64,000 nucleotides of DNA from contig JBILGK010000017.1 in NCBI GenBank assembly GCA_044351065.1, positions 3,003 through 67,002 on the forward strand, written 5' to 3'. Each line of letters starts with the position of its first letter. Within the stretch, counting starts at the first letter, position 1. A model generated the notes under the pieces. The model was not told the origin of the DNA. It worked only from the letters and a program-made list of their open reading frames with translations, and did no database searches. This DNA comes from Cyanobium sp. Its GTDB lineage: Bacteria; Cyanobacteriota; Cyanobacteriia; PCC-6307; Cyanobiaceae. Positions 43,823 to 52,447 of this stretch are shown one piece after another. A program made the position numbers and the translations under genes.

Positions 43823-43850
43823 CCGCTGCCGGCCCCCCGGGCCGCAGCGG
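43823..43850 (+). terminator. GC-rich stem-loop immediately after uvrA (no U-tract)
   Basis: CCGCTGC(C)GGCCC-ccc-GGGCCGCAGCGG forms 12 bp with one bulge and starts 10 nt after the uvrA stop. The missing T-run makes intrinsic-terminator function uncertain. Confidence 0.3.
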
Positions 43851-43939
43851 CAGAATGCGAGGGTGCAGCAGCCCATTCAGCGGCTGCAACGGAGATGAAA
43901 CCGTTGGTGCTGCCGTTTGCCATCCACGGCCCCCGCTCC

Positions 43940-45466
43940 ATGCCACCTCTTGCCTCCCTGCGCCGTCTTCTCCTGGCCTGCCTGCTCAGTGCCGCTGCTC
44001 CAATGGTGGCCCTGACCCCTGCTGCCGCCCTGGAGAGGGTGGAGCTGCAGCTGCCTCTGTTGCAGCTCAGCTTCGACGTGAAACTCAGCGAGCTGGGGAA
44101 TCCGGAGCGCCTCCTCCACGGCAGCAGCGACCTCGCGGAGATTGATCGGGCCACCGATGGCGCCCTGGGACGGCGAATCGGTGAGCTCTTCGCCACGCCA
44201 TTGCCCCTCTCCACTCAGGAATTGGTCCGCAATTCTGCGGACTCGCCGATGTTCGAGCAGGTCCTGCTGGTGGCCTCCACCCTGGGCTCGATCGATGGGG
44301 TTCCGGCCAACCTCAACGGGGCGGAGATCACGGCGGCTCTCCAGAAGGCTTCCGCCTCTGGGGCTGTCACCATTCAGTCGCTGCTGGAGGCCCTGCCTGG
44401 CGAGTCAGCCACGGTGGATCTGGAGAGAGCTCTGGCGGGTCTGCGCCGTCTCCAGAATCAGTTTCAGCCGGCCCAGGAGCTGCTGCGCCGCCTGCAGCCT
44501 GCGCCGGTGGATGCCGCTGAGGCGGCCCCCGGTCCCCTGCCCACCCTGCGCAGCACCGGACAGCTCACGGTGAAGCACCGCAGTGAGCCACTCCAGATCG
44601 TTGTGATCCGACCCGAGCGGCAGGGGAATGGGCGGCTGGTGGTGATCTCCCACGGCCTCTGGGATGGTCCACCCAGTTTTGAGGGATGGGCCCGGCACCT
44701 GGCCAGCCGTGGCTACTCCGTGGTGCTGCCCCTCCATCCGGGCAGCGACAGCAGTCAGCAGCGGGCGATGCTCTCCGGCAAGTTGCCCCCCCCGGGCCCC
44801 CAGGAGCTGCGTCTGCGGCCGCTCGACGTCAGCGCGGTGATGGATGCGGTGGGCAGCGGCGGCGTGGAGGGCCTCGCTGGCGTCGACAGCCGCCGTGTGG
44901 TGGTGATCGGTCATTCCTGGGGGGCCACGACCGCCATGCAACTGGCGGGCGTCACCCCCAGCTCGCGCCGCCTGCGGGAGCGTTGTGAGAATCCCTACGA
45001 TCCGGATCGCAACCTCAGCTGGGTGTTGCAATGCAGCTTCCTCGACTCGGCGGACCGCGCCGCCTTGGCGGATCCCCGTGTCGTGGCCGTGGCGGCGGTC
45101 AGTCCGCCGCTCAACCTCCTCTTCGACCATGGCTCCGGTCAGACGATGAATGCCCGTGCGCTGCTGATCACCGGCAGCCGCGACTGGGTGGTGCCCTCAG
45201 GTCCGGAGGCGATCCGCCGTTTCCGCCATCCCGCCGAGAACGGCCACCAGTTGGTGCTGGCCAACGGTGGCGATCACTTCAATCTGCGCGGGCTCGGCGA
45301 TGGCGGCCCGTTGCGGGCCTTGTTGCTGCGGTGGGTTGATGCTGCTTACGCCTCCGGAGCCAGCCTGGCCCCCGGCGAGGGATCCCGCTCGATCCTGCCC
45401 CCCAGCGGCTGGGGGGACAGCGAAATTCCCCTGGTGTTTGTGGCCCCCACCGATCTGCCGCTCTGA
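43940..45466 (+). CDS. secreted alpha/beta hydrolase with N-terminal DUF1400-like domain
   Basis: ATG 43940 gives the signal peptide MPPLASLRRLLLACLLSAAAPMVALTPAAA. The C-terminal half has VVISHGLWDG and the nucleophile elbow GHSWG, then the ITGSRDWVVP and GGDHF catalytic-triad context. Confidence 0.7.
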   Translation: MPPLASLRRLLLACLLSAAAPMVALTPAAALERVELQLPLLQLSFDVKLSELGNPERLLHGSSDLAEIDRATDGALGRRIGELFATPLPLSTQELVRNSADSPMFEQVLLVASTLGSIDGVPANLNGAEITAALQKASASGAVTIQSLLEALPGESATVDLERALAGLRRLQNQFQPAQELLRRLQPAPVDAAEAAPGPLPTLRSTGQLTVKHRSEPLQIVVIRPERQGNGRLVVISHGLWDGPPSFEGWARHLASRGYSVVLPLHPGSDSSQQRAMLSGKLPPPGPQELRLRPLDVSAVMDAVGSGGVEGLAGVDSRRVVVIGHSWGATTAMQLAGVTPSSRRLRERCENPYDPDRNLSWVLQCSFLDSADRAALADPRVVAVAAVSPPLNLLFDHGSGQTMNARALLITGSRDWVVPSGPEAIRRFRHPAENGHQLVLANGGDHFNLRGLGDGGPLRALLLRWVDAAYASGASLAPGEGSRSILPPSGWGDSEIPLVFVAPTDLPL

Positions 45467-45500
45467 TGTCCCCAGCGGCTGGAGAACGGCCAATCCCAGC

Positions 45501-46529
45501 TCAAAGGGTGGGCTCTTCGCCGTTGCCGGTCGGATGGTTCAGGTTCGAATCCGGCATCCAGTAGCTGAGGTCGTCCTGCCAATAGAGGCGACCGGGCAGC
45601 CGCTGGGTGCTCAGCCGCGAGCGGGTCATGGCGGTCAGCAGCTGGGTCATCTCGATCGGCGTCAGATCGGTGTGGATGTCCTCTCCGGCGATCTTCAGCA
45701 GCGCCGGCAGCCGCATCACGGTGCCGGGCTGGGCCAGCTTGTGGAACACTTCGGCCAGCACCAGCCGCTGTCTCTCCATTCGGCCCAGATCCCCCAATTC
45801 GTCGTGGCGGAAGCGCAGGAAACCCTCCAGCTCTGAACCGCGCAGCACCTGTCGGCCGGGATACAGGTCGATCAGCAGGCCCTGGGCGTTGTCGACGTAA
45901 TACATGCGCTTCGGCACGTTCACCTCGACGCCGCCGAGGGCATCGGCCACCTTGGCCACTGCGTCCAGGTTGACCTTGAGGTGTTTCTGGATCGGTGCGG
46001 CCAGGAGCCGACCCACCTCGCTCTTCACGCTCTGGGGACCGCCGGAGGCGTAGAGGGCATTTGCCTTCACCACTCCCAGGTCTTTCGATTCGACGTAGGT
46101 GTCGCGGGGCACCTGGGTGATGTGGGTGATGCCGTCCTTCACCTGGACCATGAACATCACATCGGTGTTGCCGCTGACCACATCGCCCCCCATCACGAGA
46201 ACCCTGCGATCACCGATGCCGAGGGGATCGATGATCGCCGCGATTCCGCGGGGTGCGTGCACCAGGGCGGCCAGACTGGGCCCCAGCAAGGAAGGCAGGG
46301 GCCCGGCAATCCCGTACCCCAGGCTCAGACCCAGCCCGAACACCAGCAGACGATGGGGACCGCGCCGACGATTCCCCGGGGGGACGGATGGGTTGCGGCG
46401 GCTGAGGATTTCGGGAACCGCCCCGAGGTTGCGCTCTGCGGTTCGAGCGGCGGCCTTGGATGCGGGACGAGGGTTTGCGCGTCCCCGGGGCCGCCGCGGC
46501 GGGGGCTGATGGGAGTGGGCCTGGCTCAT
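45501..46529 (-). CDS. LytR/CpsA/Psr (LCP) family protein
   Basis: Start at MSQAHSHQ (CAT 46527-46529) or 46553. A basic N-terminus and one TM are followed by the LCP core NTDVMFMVQV...ITQVPRDTYV...LRFRHDELGDLGRMERQ. Confidence 0.8.
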   Translation of the reverse strand: MSQAHSHQPPPRRPRGRANPRPASKAAARTAERNLGAVPEILSRRNPSVPPGNRRRGPHRLLVFGLGLSLGYGIAGPLPSLLGPSLAALVHAPRGIAAIIDPLGIGDRRVLVMGGDVVSGNTDVMFMVQVKDGITHITQVPRDTYVESKDLGVVKANALYASGGPQSVKSEVGRLLAAPIQKHLKVNLDAVAKVADALGGVEVNVPKRMYYVDNAQGLLIDLYPGRQVLRGSELEGFLRFRHDELGDLGRMERQRLVLAEVFHKLAQPGTVMRLPALLKIAGEDIHTDLTPIEMTQLLTAMTRSRLSTQRLPGRLYWQDDLSYWMPDSNLNHPTGNGEEPTL

Positions 46530-46594
46530 GGTCCGGAAAGCTGGGCGAACCATAAGGTGCGGTTACCTTCCCCACCAGGGGGAACGACGGTTCT

Positions 46595-47785
46595 TCAGCC
46601 GGTCAGCACCCGCACGGCCGCCGCCGCCGCATCCGCCCGTGCCTGCGCCTCCGCCGCATCGGCCCCCCGGGCCAGGGCGACCCCCATGCGCCGCCCGGGC
46701 CGGGCCTCCGACTTGCCGAACAGCAGCAGTTGGCTTTCCGGCAGCGCCAGGGCCTCCGCCACCCCTTCGTACTGCACGGGTTCTCCCTGCTCCCGGGCCA
46801 GGATCACTCGGGACGCGGCCGGACCGAGGCTGCGGATCTCCGGGATCGGCAGGCCCAGAATCGCCCGCAGGTGCAGCTCGAACTCGCTCAGGTTCTGTCC
46901 CACCAGGGTCACCAGGCCGGTGTCATGCGGTCGTGGCGACAGTTCCGAGAACACCACCTCCTCCGCTCCGGGTTCGCCGCACAGGAAGAATTCCACCCCG
47001 AACAGACCGGCGCCGCCGAGGGCGTCGGTGACCCGGCGTGCCATGGTCTGGGCCACTCGGAGCGAACCCTCCGCCAGTGCCGCCGGCTGCCAGCTGCACT
47101 GGTAGTCCCCCCGCTCCTGTTGGTGACCGATCGGCGGGCAGAACAGGGTGGGACCCACCCGGGGCTTGACCGTCAGCAGGGTGATCTCCAATCGGAACCG
47201 CAGGAATTCCTCGACGATCACCCGCGCCCCGGCTCCACGCGCCCCAGCCATCGCGCTCTGCCAGGCCGCCTCGATCTGCTCGGGCGCCTTCACCACGCTC
47301 TGGCCTTTGCCGGAGGAACTCATCACCGGCTTCACCACCACCGGCCAGCCCAGGGGGGCGGCCACCTTGGCCAGCTCCCCCGGGCTGCTGGCGTAGGCAA
47401 ATCGTGCGGTGCGCAGGCCCAGCTCCCCCGCCGCCAGGTCTCGAATGCGGTCCCGATTCATCGTCACCGCCGTGGCCCGTGCCGTGGGGATCACGGTGAT
47501 TCCCTCGGACTCCAGCTCCGCCAGTGCATCCACGGCCAGCGCCTCGATTTCAGGGATCACCAGGTCGGGTTGGTGCCGGCGCACCACGGCCCGCAGGGCC
47601 TCCGCCTCCCCCATCGGCACCACTTCCGCTACGTCGGCCACCTGCATCGCCGGCGCCCCGGCGTAACGGTCCACAGCGATCACCCGACAGCCCAGCCGTT
47701 GGGCGGCGATCGCCAACTCCTTGCCCAGTTCGCCGCTGCCCAGCAGCATCAGGGTTTTGGGAAAGCGGGGGTTCGGGGCGTTCAT
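46595..47785 (-). CDS. purT: formate-dependent phosphoribosylglycinamide formyltransferase
   Basis: Start at MNAPNPRFPKTLMLLGSGELGKE (CAT 47783-47785). ATP-grasp core SSSGKGQS and FGVEFF are present. Confidence 0.9.
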   Translation of the reverse strand: MNAPNPRFPKTLMLLGSGELGKELAIAAQRLGCRVIAVDRYAGAPAMQVADVAEVVPMGEAEALRAVVRRHQPDLVIPEIEALAVDALAELESEGITVIPTARATAVTMNRDRIRDLAAGELGLRTARFAYASSPGELAKVAAPLGWPVVVKPVMSSSGKGQSVVKAPEQIEAAWQSAMAGARGAGARVIVEEFLRFRLEITLLTVKPRVGPTLFCPPIGHQQERGDYQCSWQPAALAEGSLRVAQTMARRVTDALGGAGLFGVEFFLCGEPGAEEVVFSELSPRPHDTGLVTLVGQNLSEFELHLRAILGLPIPEIRSLGPAASRVILAREQGEPVQYEGVAEALALPESQLLLFGKSEARPGRRMGVALARGADAAEAQARADAAAAAVRVLTG

Positions 47786-47924
47786 CGCGCGGGCCTCCTG
47801 CAGGGCATGTGCCATGCCCGATCCTGCCGTGCCGAGACTGACACGCCGCTGGCCGCCTGGCTTGTTCCAGGGTTTGCGATTCCCAAACGAAGCGGGCTAG
47901 AGTGACAGCTTGCATGGTTCAGGA

Positions 47925-48842
47925 ATGAAGGCAGCGGTCCTCCTCGTCGCCTGGCGCCGCCCCCACACGACAGAGAGAGTTCTCGATGCCATCCGCGCCC
48001 ACGCGCCTTCCCGCCTCTACGTGGCCTGTGATGGCCCCAGGCCAGAATCTCCCGAGGAGAGGGAAAAGGTGCTTGCCACCCGAGTCTTGATCGAGGAGAA
48101 GATTGACTGGGATTGTGAGGTTCAGCGCTTCTACAGCGATACCAATCAGGGCTGCCGGCTTGCGGTGAGTCGTGCCATCGACTGGTTTTTCGCCCATGAG
48201 GAGGAGGGCATCGTATTGGAGGACGATTGTGTCGCCCATCCCGAATTCTTCTCCTACTGCGAAGCGCTGCTGGAGCGCTACCGCGACGACGAACGCATCT
48301 GGTGCATCAGTGGCAACAATTTTCAAGATGGTCATTGGCGCGGTGATGGCAGCTACTACTTCAGCCAATACCCCCACTGCTGGGGCTGGGCCAGTTGGCG
48401 GCGATGTTGGCAGCATTACGATGGCGATCTAGTGCGTTGGCCCACACTGAGGGATTCCGGCCTGCTGCAAACCATCTTTCCAAACCCTCAGGAACGCAGC
48501 TTCTGGAATGGAATCTGGGAGACATTGTTCCTGGAAAACAAGCCGGATTCGTGGGCATATCGATGGACATTCACCTGTCTGGCAATGGGTGGAATCACCG
48601 CCCTTCCCAATCGAAACTTGGTCAGCAACATCGGTTTTGGTTCCGATGCCACCCATACAACCGATAAAAAAATCTCCCACACCATGGAGGATGGCCTTGG
48701 AAGATTGCGACATCCTTCATTCATCATTGTCGACAGGGAAGCCGACCTGCATACCTATGTTCATCACGTCGCTGAGAATCGATTCGTCAAGACAAATGCC
48801 ATTCGTGCTCTGTTGAACCGGCTGCGCACCAGCTACTTGTGA
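47925..48842 (+). CDS. nucleotide-diphospho-sugar transferase, HlpA-like (paralogue 1)
   Basis: MKAAVLLVAWRRPHTTERVLDAI...LYVACDGPR...GIVLEDDC...WCISGNNF...WGWASWRR. The start at 47925 is chosen by alignment with paralogue 2; the track ORF begins at 47910. Confidence 0.75.
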   Translation: MKAAVLLVAWRRPHTTERVLDAIRAHAPSRLYVACDGPRPESPEEREKVLATRVLIEEKIDWDCEVQRFYSDTNQGCRLAVSRAIDWFFAHEEEGIVLEDDCVAHPEFFSYCEALLERYRDDERIWCISGNNFQDGHWRGDGSYYFSQYPHCWGWASWRRCWQHYDGDLVRWPTLRDSGLLQTIFPNPQERSFWNGIWETLFLENKPDSWAYRWTFTCLAMGGITALPNRNLVSNIGFGSDATHTTDKKISHTMEDGLGRLRHPSFIIVDREADLHTYVHHVAENRFVKTNAIRALLNRLRTSYL

Positions 48843-49092
48843 AGCTCCGTTTGCCTGAGGGCCGGCTTGTCTGCCAGAAGCATTCGCCAGGAGCATCGAT
48901 CTTCGTCCCAGGCTGGCGGAGGGCAATCCGGCCTTGTTCCGGGGTTGTAGGCATCAATCCTGCCTATTCGACAGCTTTGACTAGACTTTTTTAGGGCTGC
49001 TCGTTGCCGTTTCCGGGGGCCTGGCTTTCTGCTGAGGCAGGTTTCTCGCACTCGCCTGAGGGTCTATACTCATTGTCAAGACCGTAGGAAAA

Positions 49093-50076
49093 ATGAAGGC
49101 AGCGGTGCTCTTGATCGCCTGGCGCCGACCAGGCACCACACAAAGGGTGATCGAGGCATTGCGTGCCTACGCTCCTGAGCGTGTTTATGTCGCCTGCGAT
49201 GGTCCCTCCCCCCTTCGTCCTGGTGAACTGGAGAAGGTGCAATCCACCCGCCGTGTGATCAGTCGCGAAATCGACTGGCCTTGTCAGATCAGAGAGCTCT
49301 ACAGCGATACCAATCAAGGCTGCTGTCGCGGCGTAAGCGGTGCGATCACATGGTTTTTTGAGAACGAGGAGGAAGGAATCATTCTGGAGGATGATTGCGT
49401 TCCCCACCCTGATTTTTTCTCCTATTGCCAGGCGCTTCTTGCGCGTTACCGTCATGATGAACGCATCTGGTGCATCAGCGGCAACAATTTCCAGGATGGG
49501 CAGTGGCGCGGAGATGGAGCCTACTACTTCAGCCGCTACCCCCACTGTTGGGGCTGGGCAAGCTGGCGCTCCCGTTGGCGCCACTACGATGTAACCCTTA
49601 GCAACTGGCCTAAATTTGTTGAATGCGACCTTCTGGCCTCCATTTTTACAGATCCTCACGAGAGATTCTATTGGGCTAATATCTGGTGGCAAACCTATTT
49701 CCAGTCTGTCGACGCCACAACTTGGGATTACCAGTGGACTTTTTTGTGCATCGCGAATAACGGCCTCACCGCTTTGCCAAATCGTAATCTTGTTAGCAAT
49801 ATTGGTTTTGGCAAGGATGCCACCCACACGATTAATGAGCTCGATGCTGAGCATTCCAGGCATGGCCTTGGCCCTTTGCAGCATCCCTCTTTTCTGCTCC
49901 GCGATGAAGCGGCAGATAAATATACGTTTGAATACCATATCGGCGGCCTCAAGCTTCGGCAAGAGGCTTCGCTGCGTGGCCGCTTGATCGATCCAGTAAT
50001 CCGCCGGATCCAGTCCGTGCGCAGAAGCCCCTTGCGAGCACTTGCTAAAGTACGACTTCATCCACCCTCCTCGTGA
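49093..50076 (+). CDS. nucleotide-diphospho-sugar transferase, HlpA-like (paralogue 2)
   Basis: MKAAVLLIAWRRPGTTQRVIEAL...VYVACDGPS...GIILEDDC...WCISGNNF...WGWASWRS. It is collinear with 47925..48842 over ~280 aa, and the C-terminal ~45 aa are unrelated. Confidence 0.75.
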   Translation: MKAAVLLIAWRRPGTTQRVIEALRAYAPERVYVACDGPSPLRPGELEKVQSTRRVISREIDWPCQIRELYSDTNQGCCRGVSGAITWFFENEEEGIILEDDCVPHPDFFSYCQALLARYRHDERIWCISGNNFQDGQWRGDGAYYFSRYPHCWGWASWRSRWRHYDVTLSNWPKFVECDLLASIFTDPHERFYWANIWWQTYFQSVDATTWDYQWTFLCIANNGLTALPNRNLVSNIGFGKDATHTINELDAEHSRHGLGPLQHPSFLLRDEAADKYTFEYHIGGLKLRQEASLRGRLIDPVIRRIQSVRRSPLRALAKVRLHPPSS

Positions 50077-50119
50077 TCCGCCTCTCACTCTGACCACCAA
50101 TCTGCCAGCTTCTTCTCCA

Positions 50120-50968
50120 ATGCTCTCGTCCTTTGGCAAAAAAGCCGCCAACCGTGTCGCCAGCCTGTTTTCCTCTGGCAGCGAAAGCGCCTCCGCGGCC
50201 CTCCTAACGCAAGCTGAAGAACACGAGCTGCTCTCCCGTCCTCGCTATATCCCTGGCTCATTTACCACGCCTGTTGGTGTATTGTCCTTTGTGGATCCCT
50301 GTACATTCGTTGTCTGCGCACGCGAAATATTTAACGAAAAATGCTACGAGTTCAAGGGGTCTGGCCCCTTGCGTATTATTGATTGCGGGGCCAATATTGG
50401 CCTTTCCTCTATTTGGCTAGCCCTAAACTATCCGCACGCCAGAATTGATGCCTTTGAGGCGGATCCCAATATCTATGCCACACTCAAGAACAATCTGAGC
50501 GCCCTTGGCCTTGAAGGCCGCGTGCAAGCACACAATCAAGCGATCTGGATTCATAATGACGGCATTTCTTTTTTCTGCGAGGGAGGCGCTTCCGGCAGAG
50601 CGACGCAAAACGCCACCGACACCAGCGCTTCAGCAAGCCACCAGCTTGTGTCTTCGATAACCCTGCCAAAGCTCATCGCAAATCAGGACAAAATAGATCT
50701 TCTGAAAATAGATATTGAAGGAGCAGAAAACCATATTCTTTCTGATCCTGCTATTGATCTGAGCTGCGTTGATAATTTGTTTCTCGAGTATCACTCTTTT
50801 CAGAATGAGCCCCAAATGCTGGCCGAGATTCTTGCCCTCCTCAAGTCTAATGGCTTTCGGATTTATGTTAAGGAAGCCCGCGTAGCATCAAATCCCTTCC
50901 TTGAATCTGAAGTTATTGATGGAATGGACTTCCAGCTTAATATCTATGCACGCAGAAATTCCGGTTAA
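50120..50968 (+). CDS. FkbM-family methyltransferase
   Basis: ATG 50120 (MLSSFGKKAANR) in ORF 50042..50968. Contains IIDCGANIGLSS, AFEADPN and LLKIDIEGAE, the FkbM signature. Confidence 0.75.
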   Translation: MLSSFGKKAANRVASLFSSGSESASAALLTQAEEHELLSRPRYIPGSFTTPVGVLSFVDPCTFVVCAREIFNEKCYEFKGSGPLRIIDCGANIGLSSIWLALNYPHARIDAFEADPNIYATLKNNLSALGLEGRVQAHNQAIWIHNDGISFFCEGGASGRATQNATDTSASASHQLVSSITLPKLIANQDKIDLLKIDIEGAENHILSDPAIDLSCVDNLFLEYHSFQNEPQMLAEILALLKSNGFRIYVKEARVASNPFLESEVIDGMDFQLNIYARRNSG

Positions 50969-51872
50969 CTGCTGCATTGTTATTCCAATCTATCGCCCAA
51001 CACTTACTTGGGTTGAACGAGCTGCCGTCCTTAATACGTGCAAGTTGCTCTCGGGATTCTCGCTTCGGATTATTTGTCCCGATGGCTTGGATCTGTATTC
51101 TCACATGCCCGAGTTGCTGGCAGAAATGAGGCAGTACAACAACGATGTAGACATCCTGCAGCTTGAATCTAAGTTCTTTGCCTCCACGCATACATATAAC
51201 CAGCTCTTGCTGTCGCCTTCTTTTTACCGTCTATTCTTGCGCTGGCAGTATATGTTGGTTGCTCAGATCGACGCTTGGATATTTTCGCCCAGGCTGGCAC
51301 CTTGGCTTGCCAAATCCTACTCCTATGTTGGAGCGCCTTGGCGAACCATTCCCAATCTTCCGCCCGGAATCGCCTGCTCTCCTGAAGCGGTTGGCAATGG
51401 CGGTTTGTCGCTTCGACGTGTCCGTGATCACTACGCAGTCCTGAGTAGTTGGCGATTCAGGTGCTCGCCGGTCCTTGGTATTCAAGAGCTGCTTGTCGCC
51501 CATCCTCCGCTGCAAAACTTCAGCTGGCGCAAGCCGCTCCCCTCCATTGCCAAAGCGATCAATCGTGTCAGGTTGATTCTGATGAGGCTGACGTCGTGGC
51601 GAAATTCGCTGGCCTACTTTTGCCGATGTGGCCTGAATGAGGATCTTGTTTTTGGTCTTCTTGTGCCGAGGATTTTTGTTGGCTTCCTCGTCCCCGATCC
51701 CGCCATGGCCGCTCATTTCGCCCTAGACGCCAATCCCGATTTTTTCTATGGCCGCTATTTGTCCTCGGATTGCCTTCCCTTTGGCTGCCATGCATGGGAG
51801 AAAAGCTACGGGCAGTTCTGGCAGCACAGGAACACCAGCCTGCCGCGCCTCTCCGTTTCCTCTGCGGACTAG
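50946..51872 (+). CDS. DUF5672-like protein (putative glycan-modifying enzyme)
   Basis: ATG 50946 (MHAEIPVNCCIVIPIYRP) in ORF 50901..51872. Contains YVGAPW and NGGLSLRR motifs, as I recall for DUF5672 proteins of LPS/capsule loci. Overlaps the FkbM gene by 23 nt. Confidence 0.55.
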   Translation: MHAEIPVNCCIVIPIYRPTLTWVERAAVLNTCKLLSGFSLRIICPDGLDLYSHMPELLAEMRQYNNDVDILQLESKFFASTHTYNQLLLSPSFYRLFLRWQYMLVAQIDAWIFSPRLAPWLAKSYSYVGAPWRTIPNLPPGIACSPEAVGNGGLSLRRVRDHYAVLSSWRFRCSPVLGIQELLVAHPPLQNFSWRKPLPSIAKAINRVRLILMRLTSWRNSLAYFCRCGLNEDLVFGLLVPRIFVGFLVPDPAMAAHFALDANPDFFYGRYLSSDCLPFGCHAWEKSYGQFWQHRNTSLPRLSVSSAD

Positions 51873-51981
51873 AAGCTTGGCTGCGCAAGCTGTGACACAC
51901 CGGCATTCGGCCCCTCTGCCGATCGATGTTGTTTCCGCTACGGGTTTGGCCTGTGGCCTCGGACACTCCTAGGCTTTCCCC

Positions 51982-52161
51982 ATGGCTTTTGTTGACCCAC
52001 TTCCTCTTTTTGCCTTCCAGACCGCCGGCGATGTCGGTGATGGCTTCACCATTTTGGGGTTTGATATTGCCGATTTGCAAAACGGCACACTGATCTATCT
52101 CGGCTTATCCTCGCTCGCCTTCGTGATTGTTTGGATTGTCGGCTATCTGCGCCGTCGCTGA
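51982..52161 (+). CDS. small hypothetical membrane protein (59 aa, below the ORF-track cutoff)
   Basis: Hand translation gives MAFVDPLPLFAFQTAGDVGDGFTILGFDIADLQNGTLIYLGLSSLAFVIVWIVGYLRRR*. It has one C-terminal TM helix with an RRR anchor and fills an otherwise empty 300-bp gap. Confidence 0.35.
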   Translation: MAFVDPLPLFAFQTAGDVGDGFTILGFDIADLQNGTLIYLGLSSLAFVIVWIVGYLRRR

Positions 52162-52171
52162 GCGGCTGAGC

Positions 52172-52423
52172 TCAGGGCTTCCCGTCGTCGAGCAACTGCA
52201 GTTGCCGTTCTGGAGACTCCTCGCTGACGAACCCGTAGGCCTCGAACACGCTGGGATCCGGATGGGTGATGCGGGCCAGGCCGTCGGGGTCCCGGTCGAG
52301 GCGAAAGCCTTCGGCCGCCATGCGCCGCATCAAGGCCGCCGACTCCTCAAACCGTGCGGCCATGGCGTCGAGGCTGGCGCAGTCGCCGGTGAGGCCGGCT
52401 TCCTTCCAGGTGAAGTGGGCCAT
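52172..52423 (-). CDS. conserved hypothetical protein
   Basis: 83 aa starting MAHFTWKEAGLTGDCASLDAMAARFEESAALMRRM. Codon usage matches the high-GC host. It sits directly upstream of mraY on the same strand. Confidence 0.55.
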   Translation of the reverse strand: MAHFTWKEAGLTGDCASLDAMAARFEESAALMRRMAAEGFRLDRDPDGLARITHPDPSVFEAYGFVSEESPERQLQLLDDGKP

Positions 52424-52447
52424 GGGGGAAGGGGAGAGTTGGGGATC

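Noticed and set aside
45542-45552. GGTTCGAATCC, the canonical tRNA T-loop/T-stem string
   Set aside because: The flanks (tcagg / ggcat) cannot form a T-stem, no acceptor or anticodon arms can be drawn, and it lies inside the 3' end of the LCP-family CDS. It is a chance match.
47839-47848. Possible direct repeats flanking the low-GC islet (TGACACGCCG at 47839 and TGACACACCG at 51893)
   Set aside because: The match is 9 of 10 nt over only 10 nt, which is too short to distinguish from chance. No integrase or tRNA is nearby to support an att site.
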